Shown here: piece by piece, positions 17,362-26,284 of the stretch | Numbering within the stretch: position 1 is the stretch's first letter | How the letters are laid out: each line of letters starts with the position of its first letter | Virus record (IMG/VR): IMGVR_UViG_3300033066_001528 | Location: 59,913-123,912 of that record | From: a virus | Taxonomy: Duplodnaviria > Caudoviricetes | Strand: one strand, 5' to 3' | DNA length: 64,000 nucleotides | Notes under the pieces: model-generated | The model's database searches: none | Told to the model about the DNA's origin: nothing | The model's input: only the letters and a program-made list of their open reading frames with translations | Program-made: the position numbers and the translations under genes

Positions 17362-18243
17362 TCAGCGAGTGACGGTGAGGCGAACGAGACCCTTGGGGTT
17401 GTAGGCCCCAATACCGAGGTTCTCGAACATTGAGAAACCGATGGTGCGAGCCTTTGGATCGTCGGCACTCAGGACGGTCAGTTCGGTACGAACGGGGATA
17501 CGGCCAAACATCTCCGGTTCGCAACACACGTACACCGTTCCTGCGGGAACGAGACGCGAGGTGATAACCTGGGCTCCCCAGAGGGTAGCCTGAAGTCCGG
17601 TCTTGAGGAGAACAGCCTGCGATTCAATGTCGAGAATGTCCCGACCGAACTTACGGATGTCCGCGTAATCCCGTGCGTTCATAAAGACGCGCGCAACCCG
17701 GAGGTCATGCCGCTCAATGAGTGCCCAAGCGTCAGCGAGAACTGCACCGTTAAGCGGAGCTACAACGGGGAGGTCTGGGTTGGTTCCACCAGGAACGCTA
17801 TCAAATCCGTTAACGGCGATAGCGTCAAGGACACCGAAGACACGTATATCTTCAGCGGCCTGAATGGAAGCCCGACCCAAATCTTGAGCGCGCTCGATCA
17901 AATCGAATCGACGCTCACGGATCTGGGTTAGTGGGATCTCTGGGTTCGAGGCAAGCTCAAACAGAGGGAAGATCACACGTCGTGGCTTGGTGATGGCGAG
18001 GATGTTCTCCCCTTCCTCACCGACCACGTATGCGGTTACATCCGGATCCTTGTCGTAGATTGGCAGAGCCCCATCGGGGAGCTGTTCAACCAGGAAGGTC
18101 TTTCGACCAACGGACATATAGTCCCGACGAAGACGGAGTGGCTGAGTCATAGAAGCTGCCAGCTTCTGACGACCGGCTGCTGTCCGGATGAAGTCACCAA
18201 TCAAGGCTTGCTTGTTGGCGTTCTCAACATTAGGGTTAGTCAT
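17362..18243 (-). CDS. Major capsid protein (HK97 fold)
   Basis: 293 aa following protease, scaffold and decoration genes; LIERAQ...IQAAED, VFMNARDYADIR, LWGAQVITSRLVPAGTVYV, GAYNPKGLVRL; followed by a terminator. Confidence 0.85.
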   Translation of the reverse strand: MTNPNVENANKQALIGDFIRTAAGRQKLAASMTQPLRLRRDYMSVGRKTFLVEQLPDGALPIYDKDPDVTAYVVGEEGENILAITKPRRVIFPLFELASNPEIPLTQIRERRFDLIERAQDLGRASIQAAEDIRVFGVLDAIAVNGFDSVPGGTNPDLPVVAPLNGAVLADAWALIERHDLRVARVFMNARDYADIRKFGRDILDIESQAVLLKTGLQATLWGAQVITSRLVPAGTVYVCCEPEMFGRIPVRTELTVLSADDPKARTIGFSMFENLGIGAYNPKGLVRLTVTR

Positions 18244-18286
18244 TGTAGTGTTCCTTGGTCCTTTTTGTGTACCTGTACGAGTCCTA

Positions 18287-18961
18287 TCAGATCCTCTGAT
18301 CGTACACGATCTCGGTCTGTACCGAGTCCGGGGCCATCTTCAGGATGCCAATGACCGTGGAAGCGGTCGAACCACCCGCAACTTCTGCGGCGTTGTTTGC
18401 AACGTCAACCGTCACCCAAGCGCCACCGGAGAAAACTCTGGAAGGCATTAGGTAACCGTTGCGGCTTGCAATGAGACGGGAACCCGCCGTATAGGTAAAT
18501 GCCGTACCAGCCGCAACACCACCCGTGAGGGCTAGGGTGTTGGTCTCATACAGCTTGTTCCCATAAGTTCCGCGAGCGGAAACATATGGTCCTTTGCCGG
18601 AAGCGGCAGCGGGAAGATTCTCATAAGCGTTCCCGCTCGCGTTGTTAATGAAAACACCGAGGGGGTTGATGAGAGTTCCGTCTACAGGAAGAACGAGACC
18701 CGCTTCGCGGGGCCCGCCAACGAAGTTCGTCCCGGCATCGGGACGAGAGAAAGCCACGGATCCGGAGAGAACTCCGAAAACTTCCGTAAGCGCACCGGGA
18801 GATGTCGAAACAGTTCCGGCAGTAGTAACAATTGGCGGGTTGGTCTGCGTAAATGCATCAGCAGTCAGAATCCCTACGGAGTTGCGAACACCAACGTAGA
18901 GAATCCGAAGTGCCGAAGAACTTTCGGTCCAAGCACCGCTAGCCTGTCCAAGCAAAGGCAT
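18287..18961 (-). CDS. Head decoration/cement protein
   Basis: Lies between scaffold and MCP; Gly/Ala/Thr-rich with PLGVFINNA...ASGKGPYV...YET. Confidence 0.7.
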   Translation of the reverse strand: MPLLGQASGAWTESSSALRILYVGVRNSVGILTADAFTQTNPPIVTTAGTVSTSPGALTEVFGVLSGSVAFSRPDAGTNFVGGPREAGLVLPVDGTLINPLGVFINNASGNAYENLPAAASGKGPYVSARGTYGNKLYETNTLALTGGVAAGTAFTYTAGSRLIASRNGYLMPSRVFSGGAWVTVDVANNAAEVAGGSTASTVIGILKMAPDSVQTEIVYDQRI

Positions 18962-19080
18962 AATTTCTGTCCTAACCTTGTGCTCCCTGTTTTCAGGGTT
19001 AGCGTGTTTGTTCCCATCCTAATGCACCATTGCCAGGAGGGGGTTCAGCCGATAGGTGTGTGCTATTGGAACTCAAACGG

Positions 19081-19123
19081 AAAAAAGCTGAAGGGGGATG
19101 ATATTTTCTATCATCCCCCTTCA
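19081..19123 (-). terminator. Intrinsic terminator after the scaffold gene
   Basis: Perfect 15-bp stem TGAAGGGGGATGATA/TATCATCCCCCTTCA, then GCTTTTTT on the minus strand. Confidence 0.8.
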
Positions 19124-19158
19124 CGTCCAATTAGAGGATTGAATCCTCTAAGCTAAAA

Positions 19159-20595
19159 TCACTTGAAGATTTCGCTGATGTTGGGAGCGGACTCCCAAAG
19201 CTTCGAGAGATTTTCCACGTCACGATCCGCGACAGCCGTTGGGACCGAACCAATGGCGCGAACACCATTGCTAGCCTTACGTGGCTGTGGCCTTACGGCA
19301 GCGGTCTTGTTGGAGCGGGCTTCTTTAGGTGTCTTCTCCTCTGCCTTCTCTTCCTTTACGTCGGATTTGGCAGCAGCATCTTCCTTCTTCTCGTCATCTC
19401 CGGCAAACTTGCTGCCGTAGAGGGAGTTGAGCTCCATGTCATCGAAACCACCATCATCAACGAGACCCATTGGGTCCTCATCAATTACCACGTCCTCATC
19501 CACAACGGGAACACCATCGAGTACCGCATCATCAGCTAGCATGTCATCGAGCATCGCCTGCTCGTCGTCGCCCAGCATAGCTTCCTTGGCATCCTCCTTA
19601 GGGGCATCTTCCTTCAGCATTTCTGCCAGGAGAGCTTCGTCCTCGTCATCCTCATCCGAAGCCGTCATACCCTCATCAAGCATGGCCGCCAAAAGAGCCT
19701 CATCCTCATCATCTTCGGACGCACCCTTAGTCTCTTCGTCCAACATCGCAGCCAAAAGGGCTTCGTCCTCATCCCCAGCCAGATCCGCTAGTTTCCCCTG
19801 TTGACGGTAATTATAGTGCTTGGGGTCATTCTGGTCCCCGGGCATATCGGATGCCTTGCGTGAACGGGACCGTGCTTCCTTCTTGGTTTCGGACTTGTCC
19901 TCATCCTTGCTATCGGACTTGTCCTCATCCTTATCCCATTGCTTCTTAAAAGCCTCGGGAACCTCCCCGGCGGCTTTCGCAACACGAGTCCAATACTTAG
20001 CAAGACGTTGGAAGCGAGCTGCCTTCTTACCAGCAGTTTCCTCACCGGCTTCATCCTCATCGTCAGTATCTTCGTCTTCGTCAGCCTTTTTAGAAGAGGT
20101 CTTATCCTCGTCCTCTTCCACCATAAGGTCATCGGCTTCCTTGCCCTCTTCCTCGTCTTCGGCAAGGCGCTGAAGAGTGGCCTGGATCTGACGATCTGGG
20201 AGACTCATGAGATCAACGGCCTGATCTTCAATGGCAAGTTGAGGGGCACCCTGACCCAGCATGGCGCTAGCAATTCGAATGCACTTTGCAGCCTTCTTCT
20301 CCATCGCCTTAACGAGGCTAGCGGAAACACCACGTGGGAAATAGTGCTTTGGATCGGTGGCCGGATGGCCTTGAGGCTCATCGGTGCCAGGAAGAGCAGG
20401 GTGAGCGCTGTTCGGGTAAGGACCTTTGGTTGGGTCCTCCGCCCAGGAGGACGTGTCACCGTTCTCGTAATCATGAGGGCCGGGATCCTCATAAGCTGCA
20501 GGATGGTCTAACGTCTCCGGCTCATTATAGCCAGGAGTTGCTGGACCGGGGGAAGCTTTGCGATTGGTCTTGGCCCAGGTAAGTCTGGTTCTCAT
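19159..20595 (-). CDS. Capsid scaffolding protein
   Basis: Highly acidic, repeated DEDEALLAAML units, many K-x-A sites; ATG at 20595 overlaps the protease stop (ATGA). Confidence 0.75.
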   Translation of the reverse strand: MRTRLTWAKTNRKASPGPATPGYNEPETLDHPAAYEDPGPHDYENGDTSSWAEDPTKGPYPNSAHPALPGTDEPQGHPATDPKHYFPRGVSASLVKAMEKKAAKCIRIASAMLGQGAPQLAIEDQAVDLMSLPDRQIQATLQRLAEDEEEGKEADDLMVEEDEDKTSSKKADEDEDTDDEDEAGEETAGKKAARFQRLAKYWTRVAKAAGEVPEAFKKQWDKDEDKSDSKDEDKSETKKEARSRSRKASDMPGDQNDPKHYNYRQQGKLADLAGDEDEALLAAMLDEETKGASEDDEDEALLAAMLDEGMTASDEDDEDEALLAEMLKEDAPKEDAKEAMLGDDEQAMLDDMLADDAVLDGVPVVDEDVVIDEDPMGLVDDGGFDDMELNSLYGSKFAGDDEKKEDAAAKSDVKEEKAEEKTPKEARSNKTAAVRPQPRKASNGVRAIGSVPTAVADRDVENLSKLWESAPNISEIFK

Positions 20596-22043
20596 TTGAT
20601 TTCCTTCTGTTTCCCGTCGGCAAGCCGACTTTGATGTGCTGACATGACGGCTCCAATACGAATGATAGATTTGATTTCCGGTGATGTGGGTGCCCTGTTT
20701 AGGGCTTTGCCGCAAGCATCCAGAAATTGTTGGAAGCTACCATATCGATTAGAGGGTCCAACCCGTAGGGCGGCCGAATAGACAGTTTGTGGAACTGAAA
20801 TACCAAAAACGGTATTAAGACCCTCTACCCGCCTCACAACATCGGCTGTTGTTTTAGCCGTAGCTACAATCATCCTAAGAGAAGACCGATAGAGCCCACC
20901 CTGTTTGATGATAGTGTCATTGGGTGAATCTGAAGAAGGTATAGAAGGTACTGGACCCTGTAATTGGTCCCGCACCCGCTTCTTAACTCTATCCACAAGA
21001 GCGTTAGTTAGCTCCGTCTCCGCGTCATCAAGGATCCCCTTGGATGGCTTAGGTGATTCCTTTTTCTCACCATCCAAATTGGCGGGCTCCCCAAATGGGT
21101 TCTCGTCCGGCTGGTACCCCTCATCCTCGGACCCAATCTTCAAATCCCGAGCTACTTTCTGAAAAGCCGTATGGACCACTTCGGGAGGGGCGGTGGTAAA
21201 AATCTTCTCCAAAAGGGCAGCGGTACGAGCCGAGTCTTTAGAGCTTATTGAAATAACATTCCGTGCCACAGCCCCTTTGAAGGCCGGGACTTCCACCCAG
21301 GAAGCCTCAATAAATTTAACCCCTCCGGTGGGCTCAATTCCCTCATAGCCGCAGAGCTCTGCAATTCTGTGCTTCCGACCCGACTCATCAAAAAAAGTAT
21401 TGCCCTTCTCGTGAAGAACATGTGTACACATTTCGGTTTCATCGGCCGCCCAATTACCGCATTTTGTGCATATGGAGCCGTCAATCGAGCAACCCATTGA
21501 AAGAGTGCTAATTCTCCCGCTCTCTATGTCTTCAATGAGTTGAGTATGCTTTCTGTCATTCGCGACGAGAATGTCAACATATAGGCTGTCACCTATATCT
21601 CTAGCAACGGCATCAAGGATTCTCCCCTTGGAGAGCTCCTCAATCTGGACATGCTCAAGAAACGAATGGCCACCGATGAAAGTTGGATAAGACTTGAGGA
21701 GGACAGGACGGGAGAAAGCATCAAGGTTGTTGTTGATGTAAATATCACACTCTGGCTTCACCCGATAGGAAGCGGTTTTACGAACAACCTTTTTTCCCCC
21801 AACAACAATAGACCCAATCTTCTCTCCCGGCACGGCTACTGTGTCTACGCTTGCGACAATAGTAGCGTGTGTCAGAAGGTACTTCGAGGGGTCAAATTCG
21901 GAGCCGAGAATTTTAGAGGCTTGGGTGACAAGATTGCGATCGGCTCTAACTTTTCCGCTAGCCACTCGAATATTGTCCCAACCCCCGTTGTTGAGATTGG
22001 TGGTTTTGACAACTCTTGCATTTGCATATCGCAGAAAAGGCAT
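20592..22043 (-). CDS. Prohead (maturation) protease with a Zn-binding insertion
   Basis: SFLEHVQ...SKGRILDA...LSMGC (His/Ser catalytic pattern), CTKCGN...CTH, FIEASWVEVPAF; directly upstream of the scaffold. Confidence 0.8.
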   Translation of the reverse strand: MPFLRYANARVVKTTNLNNGGWDNIRVASGKVRADRNLVTQASKILGSEFDPSKYLLTHATIVASVDTVAVPGEKIGSIVVGGKKVVRKTASYRVKPECDIYINNNLDAFSRPVLLKSYPTFIGGHSFLEHVQIEELSKGRILDAVARDIGDSLYVDILVANDRKHTQLIEDIESGRISTLSMGCSIDGSICTKCGNWAADETEMCTHVLHEKGNTFFDESGRKHRIAELCGYEGIEPTGGVKFIEASWVEVPAFKGAVARNVISISSKDSARTAALLEKIFTTAPPEVVHTAFQKVARDLKIGSEDEGYQPDENPFGEPANLDGEKKESPKPSKGILDDAETELTNALVDRVKKRVRDQLQGPVPSIPSSDSPNDTIIKQGGLYRSSLRMIVATAKTTADVVRRVEGLNTVFGISVPQTVYSAALRVGPSNRYGSFQQFLDACGKALNRAPTSPEIKSIIRIGAVMSAHQSRLADGKQKEIK

Positions 22044-22050
22044 GTAGAAC

Positions 22051-22572
22051 CTACTCCCCTAAACCCATGATGTCATCCCGGCGAACCAAAAACAGACATT
22101 CGGGACAACAGAACAACTTAACGGATTTACCGTCTTCTTTTTTGTAGACAACGTTGCGAAGAAGTGCCTCTTCGCAACGAGGGCAGCAATACTCTCCGCT
22201 AGCAGTTTCCTGCTTTGTTGGTCGATATTGCCTGTTCTTTCCTGCCCAGTAGACGGCTTGCTTAAGAAATTTCGAGGCCACCCGTTGAGGACATGGCCCA
22301 CCAGAAACGGATACGGTTGCTCCACCAGGAACGGGATCGTGGAGAGGGATTCTCTCCGGGCTATCCTTACCGATGAAAAGCTCTTCCACCGGATATCTTG
22401 TAGCACCGTAGGGAAAAGCTACATCCACCATGCCGATAGCAGGCCAGACGGCAACAACCGTCCCCGCATAATGCGGATTGCCGGTTAAAACCGGATAAAC
22501 CGTGTCGCCCACTTTGAAGTCACATGCGCGCTCCTGATAATGGACATCGGCTCTTCGATTGCTGCCGCCCAT
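22051..22572 (-). CDS. SH3-like plus Zn-ribbon protein
   Basis: FKVGDTVYP...GTVVAVW...VDVAF; CPRC...CPEC; contains QRVASKFLKQA. Confidence 0.7.
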   Translation of the reverse strand: MGGSNRRADVHYQERACDFKVGDTVYPVLTGNPHYAGTVVAVWPAIGMVDVAFPYGATRYPVEELFIGKDSPERIPLHDPVPGGATVSVSGGPCPQRVASKFLKQAVYWAGKNRQYRPTKQETASGEYCCPRCEEALLRNVVYKKEDGKSVKLFCCPECLFLVRRDDIMGLGE

Positions 22573-22586
22573 ATAGCCCCCAGCCC

Positions 22587-25500
22587 TTATAGATAAAGAC
22601 TAAAAAGGGAAGCTACCTTTTCCGCTTCATCGGACTCATCCGCTTCAGCAGCCTTCTCGTCTTCCTCTTTCTTCTCATCTTCCGCAGCCCTCCTGGACTT
22701 GGAAGCCTTCTTCTCTTCCTTTTTGTCCTCGGGCTTCTCTTCCGCTGCGTCAGACTTGTCACTCTCTTTTTCGCCCTCTTCCATTTCGGCAAGAACACGA
22801 AGAGTGGCTTCTTTCACAGCCTTGTTAAGAAGAGCCGCAAGCTTAGGATCCGCCTTATGTGCCGCCGCATTAGAGGCAAGCGACCCTGATTCTTGTTTGG
22901 CGTCGAGTTGCTCGAAGTTGGCTTGGGTGAAATGACCTGCCATAAACTTCTGGGAAGGATCGTTTACGAGGGGGCCAGGAACCTTCTTCCCAATCGTAGA
23001 AGCATCAAATTGACCCTTCTTCTGGAGGAAATCGGAAACCCTGTCACAACGTTCCGCCATATCCATGGCGACCTTTGGGTGAATGCCAAGAGCTTCGTGA
23101 TGCTCCTGGAAGAGAGTGGCCACGTTATCAAGTGTAGCAACAACGCGCCGAATACCTTCTGCTGATGCCTTTTTCTTCATGATTTGGTTCCTTGAGATAG
23201 GGAGTACCATCCGATAGCTTGGACGAATAGTCGAATGATTGAAAGCCATAATTTTCTTGCCGCGCATCTTCATGAGTTGAAGAAGCCACCACGGAGTTTT
23301 CCCCTTGCTGGATCCTGGACCATTAGGGGTTTTTCCCCCTTTAGACCCTGGTACCTCGTCTCCCGGCTCACCCTCGGCATCGGCATCATTCAGGATAGCA
23401 TTAACCACACTTTGCCGTAAAAAAGCTGCCTGTTCATTAGAGAGGGCCGAACGACCACCCTTAGCCGGATCCTCATAGACCCCCGATTTCAGGGGCCCTA
23501 ACATATCTTTCACTCTGTCCGGAGCATAGTCCTCTAAAGTGGCAACAAAATCATCGTCACTCATTGCCGCCATAGCATTATGAACTGCCTTCCGATATTT
23601 AGGAGACTCGGGACCCTCGGCCAGATCAAATATATAGTTGGACCCAGGGTCCACTTTACGAAGAGCCTTCACTAACCCCGTAGTCAACCCTTTTTCTCCC
23701 CGTAGATGTTTGGAGACTTTCAGAGCCGACAACTCATCCGCCAAATCCTGACGTTGAGACTTCAAGTCATCGGATACCTCATCCCCGGCTTCCTGGATCT
23801 GCTTGTCTAAAGCAGCCAGATCGGATTCCAGTTTACCGCCAAGGGTATCTACAATATCTGGAGGAAGATATTCAAACTTATCCAAAGCCCTATGGCGAAA
23901 CCCATCCCCCTCGTCCTTTTTTCGAGTCAAAGGGGATGTCATTTTTGCAAGCACTGACAAAGCGGCATGGTGCCTTGCAACACTTGCGATAATATCCTCA
24001 TTAGCCTTATCCAGCTCTTTACGGGCATCGTCCAAACCATCGTAAGTCTCCTGGGCTTTTGCCAAGTCGTCTTGAGCTTCCTGCAAGTCCTCTTCAGAAG
24101 ACTCATATTTGGATTGCATGTCCTGAACCAACTTCTGAAGCTTCTTCAACCGTCCTTTCACGGCATCGGTGTTTTTACTTTCCTCATCCAGGAGGTCGTC
24201 TACCTCCTTCTGAGTTGTTTTCAGCACATCCTCGGCTTCTTTCAAGTCATTAAGAGCTTTGTCCCGACGTTGCTGAGAGGACTGAAATGCCTTCTTAGAC
24301 TTTTTGAGTTGGGATTTAGCCCCCTCGATCTCTTTGTGGAGACTATCCCTATCCCGGATGGCGGTTTCAATCTCCTTCTTTGATTTTTCGGGGGAGAAAC
24401 CCTCTTTCCCCAACCATTTTACAACGGAACGAAAGTCCCCAGTGTCCAAGGCTCTTGCAACGTCGTCTTGGGCTCTTTGGCTTTCTTCTTTGATGGCATC
24501 AACCACCCTACGCCCAAGATCGGGATCCCCATCCGATACTTGACCGTGAAGCTTCTGCAAATCTCTGGCATCCTCTACGGATAGTCCTTTTTTAAGGTCA
24601 CCAAGGTCCCGAGACCCATCGTCTCCCTTTGGTTTGGGAGCATCCTTTTTAGGTGAGTCCCCGTTACCGGAATCCTTTTTGTCACCAGATGAGTCACTAT
24701 CCTTAGGGGGGGAACCATCCGGGGTTTTGTCCCCCTTTCCTTTGGTGTCACCATCGTCAGACTCACCGTCATCCTTTTTAGGATTTTTCACGGAGTGGTT
24801 TTTTGGGTCAGCGTCTGGATGGTCCTTAAGGTAGGCATCCAAATCCTCCTGCGTTGGAAACTCCAATGCTCGAAGATATCGTGAAGCAACCCTTTTATAG
24901 TTGAGACTTAGATCCCTATCCTCGCTAGATGTGTCCGGGTCACTATCTACAATTTGATGTTTTTGAAGGTCCTTACGGGGTGGCTTTTTCTTCGGAGCAG
25001 AGTTGACCATATCCGCGACTTGGTCATCCTCTTTCTCAGCCTGAGTCTTTGTCCCGTAAACAAGAACTGATCCCTTCTTATTCAGTTCCTTAAGGATGGT
25101 ACCATCGTGGACGTAGGACTCTTCTAAGTTGGGAACAAGATACTGGCTCTTAAGGGTTGATGCCCCGTGCCCAACAATCTCAGCCACGGTCTCCAAAGCC
25201 TTTTTGAACTCGGCCTTGAGAATCTTATCTTTCTCTTTTCGATCACGTGGTAGGTTCTTGGGGCCATTTTTCCGCACTTCGGTCAGAGCCTTACACATTT
25301 CCTGGTTTGCCCTGAAACCGCGGATATCCTTAGCCGTGATGTCAAACTCTTTAAGGTAAGCGTTGACATCCTCTGGATCAACACCCACATCACCATCCTC
25401 CAAGAGACGATCCGTACCTTTCTTTCCCTTAAGGGCCTTTTTGAGAGCCGTTAAAGTTGGGCCGGATTCAACAACTTTCTCGTGATCTACGCCTGATTTC

Positions 25501-25880
25501 CCAACATACGTGATCGTGGCTTTGTCGCCTCTAACTTTAATATGATCCGCGGTCCACCCTGTCACCCCATAATGACCATCCTCTGCACTATCATGGTTAC
25601 CAACGCGCTCCATTGTGCAGTCCATAAGGGCAACGGCCAAAGCCGTAAGTCTCTTGTGTGGGTCTTCACAAGTCAAATCCTTTTTGACTTTTGCCCGTAA
25701 GTCAGAAATACTCTTACGGAGACCCTCCACTCTGTCAGCCTTTTCTCGATTCCTATTGGAAACCTGACGGTCGGAATAGACATAGACAATTGTCTCTCCC
25801 CCGTCCTGGGACTTGACCTTCTTCTTTTCTTTGTACTGGGCGTACCGAAGGGCCACCACTGCTGATAGGGGAATACCCAT
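22587..25880 (-). CDS. Type IB DNA topoisomerase domain fused to a long coiled-coil and an acidic C-terminal module
   Basis: Catalytic set ERVGN (R), YVGKSG (K), KDIRG (R), VGH (H), SQYL (Y) in the first ~260 aa. Confidence 0.85.
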   Translation of the reverse strand: MGIPLSAVVALRYAQYKEKKKVKSQDGGETIVYVYSDRQVSNRNREKADRVEGLRKSISDLRAKVKKDLTCEDPHKRLTALAVALMDCTMERVGNHDSAEDGHYGVTGWTADHIKVRGDKATITYVGKSGVDHEKVVESGPTLTALKKALKGKKGTDRLLEDGDVGVDPEDVNAYLKEFDITAKDIRGFRANQEMCKALTEVRKNGPKNLPRDRKEKDKILKAEFKKALETVAEIVGHGASTLKSQYLVPNLEESYVHDGTILKELNKKGSVLVYGTKTQAEKEDDQVADMVNSAPKKKPPRKDLQKHQIVDSDPDTSSEDRDLSLNYKRVASRYLRALEFPTQEDLDAYLKDHPDADPKNHSVKNPKKDDGESDDGDTKGKGDKTPDGSPPKDSDSSGDKKDSGNGDSPKKDAPKPKGDDGSRDLGDLKKGLSVEDARDLQKLHGQVSDGDPDLGRRVVDAIKEESQRAQDDVARALDTGDFRSVVKWLGKEGFSPEKSKKEIETAIRDRDSLHKEIEGAKSQLKKSKKAFQSSQQRRDKALNDLKEAEDVLKTTQKEVDDLLDEESKNTDAVKGRLKKLQKLVQDMQSKYESSEEDLQEAQDDLAKAQETYDGLDDARKELDKANEDIIASVARHHAALSVLAKMTSPLTRKKDEGDGFRHRALDKFEYLPPDIVDTLGGKLESDLAALDKQIQEAGDEVSDDLKSQRQDLADELSALKVSKHLRGEKGLTTGLVKALRKVDPGSNYIFDLAEGPESPKYRKAVHNAMAAMSDDDFVATLEDYAPDRVKDMLGPLKSGVYEDPAKGGRSALSNEQAAFLRQSVVNAILNDADAEGEPGDEVPGSKGGKTPNGPGSSKGKTPWWLLQLMKMRGKKIMAFNHSTIRPSYRMVLPISRNQIMKKKASAEGIRRVVATLDNVATLFQEHHEALGIHPKVAMDMAERCDRVSDFLQKKGQFDASTIGKKVPGPLVNDPSQKFMAGHFTQANFEQLDAKQESGSLASNAAAHKADPKLAALLNKAVKEATLRVLAEMEEGEKESDKSDAAEEKPEDKKEEKKASKSRRAAEDEKKEEDEKAAEADESDEAEKVASLFSLYL

Positions 25881-25910
25881 GTCGGAGTGGGGTTTATGGG
25901 GGGAATACCG

Positions 25911-26258
25911 CTAGAGACTGAGATCAATTCGGTATCTAAACAAAGCGTCCGGACGCTTTGCAAAAGTAATGGACCCACCTTCGCCCATATCATAAACAAT
26001 CACCGATCCACCATTGGCGACATTTGAGGACACCTGTTTGAACCCCAAAGCCTTCACCGTTTGAAGGACACGAACGAAAGAAGCGGTGACATTCCCCTCC
26101 CAATGAGCTTGGTTCGATTCCACAATAGTCCCCACGGGGAATTCTAGTGTTTTCAAGAACTCATGGGTGAGGGAGGAGGTTTTGAGTAGGGGTAAAAGGT
26201 GTGGCCTAAGGGAAGGTTTTTGGTAAGCCAATCGAATAAGGTTAGATCGGAGAGTCAT
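25911..26258 (-). CDS. Small protein with the shared N-terminal leader
   Basis: MTLRSNLIRLAYQKPSLRPHLLPLLKTS. Confidence 0.8.
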   Translation of the reverse strand: MTLRSNLIRLAYQKPSLRPHLLPLLKTSSLTHEFLKTLEFPVGTIVESNQAHWEGNVTASFVRVLQTVKALGFKQVSSNVANGGSVIVYDMGEGGSITFAKRPDALFRYRIDLSL

Positions 26259-26284
26259 GAGGGGCTACCAACTAGGTACTTGAA

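Noticed and set aside
19530-19780. Repeated DNA units in the scaffold gene
   Set aside because: Explained by the protein repeat DEDEALLAAML; coding, not CRISPR or mobile.
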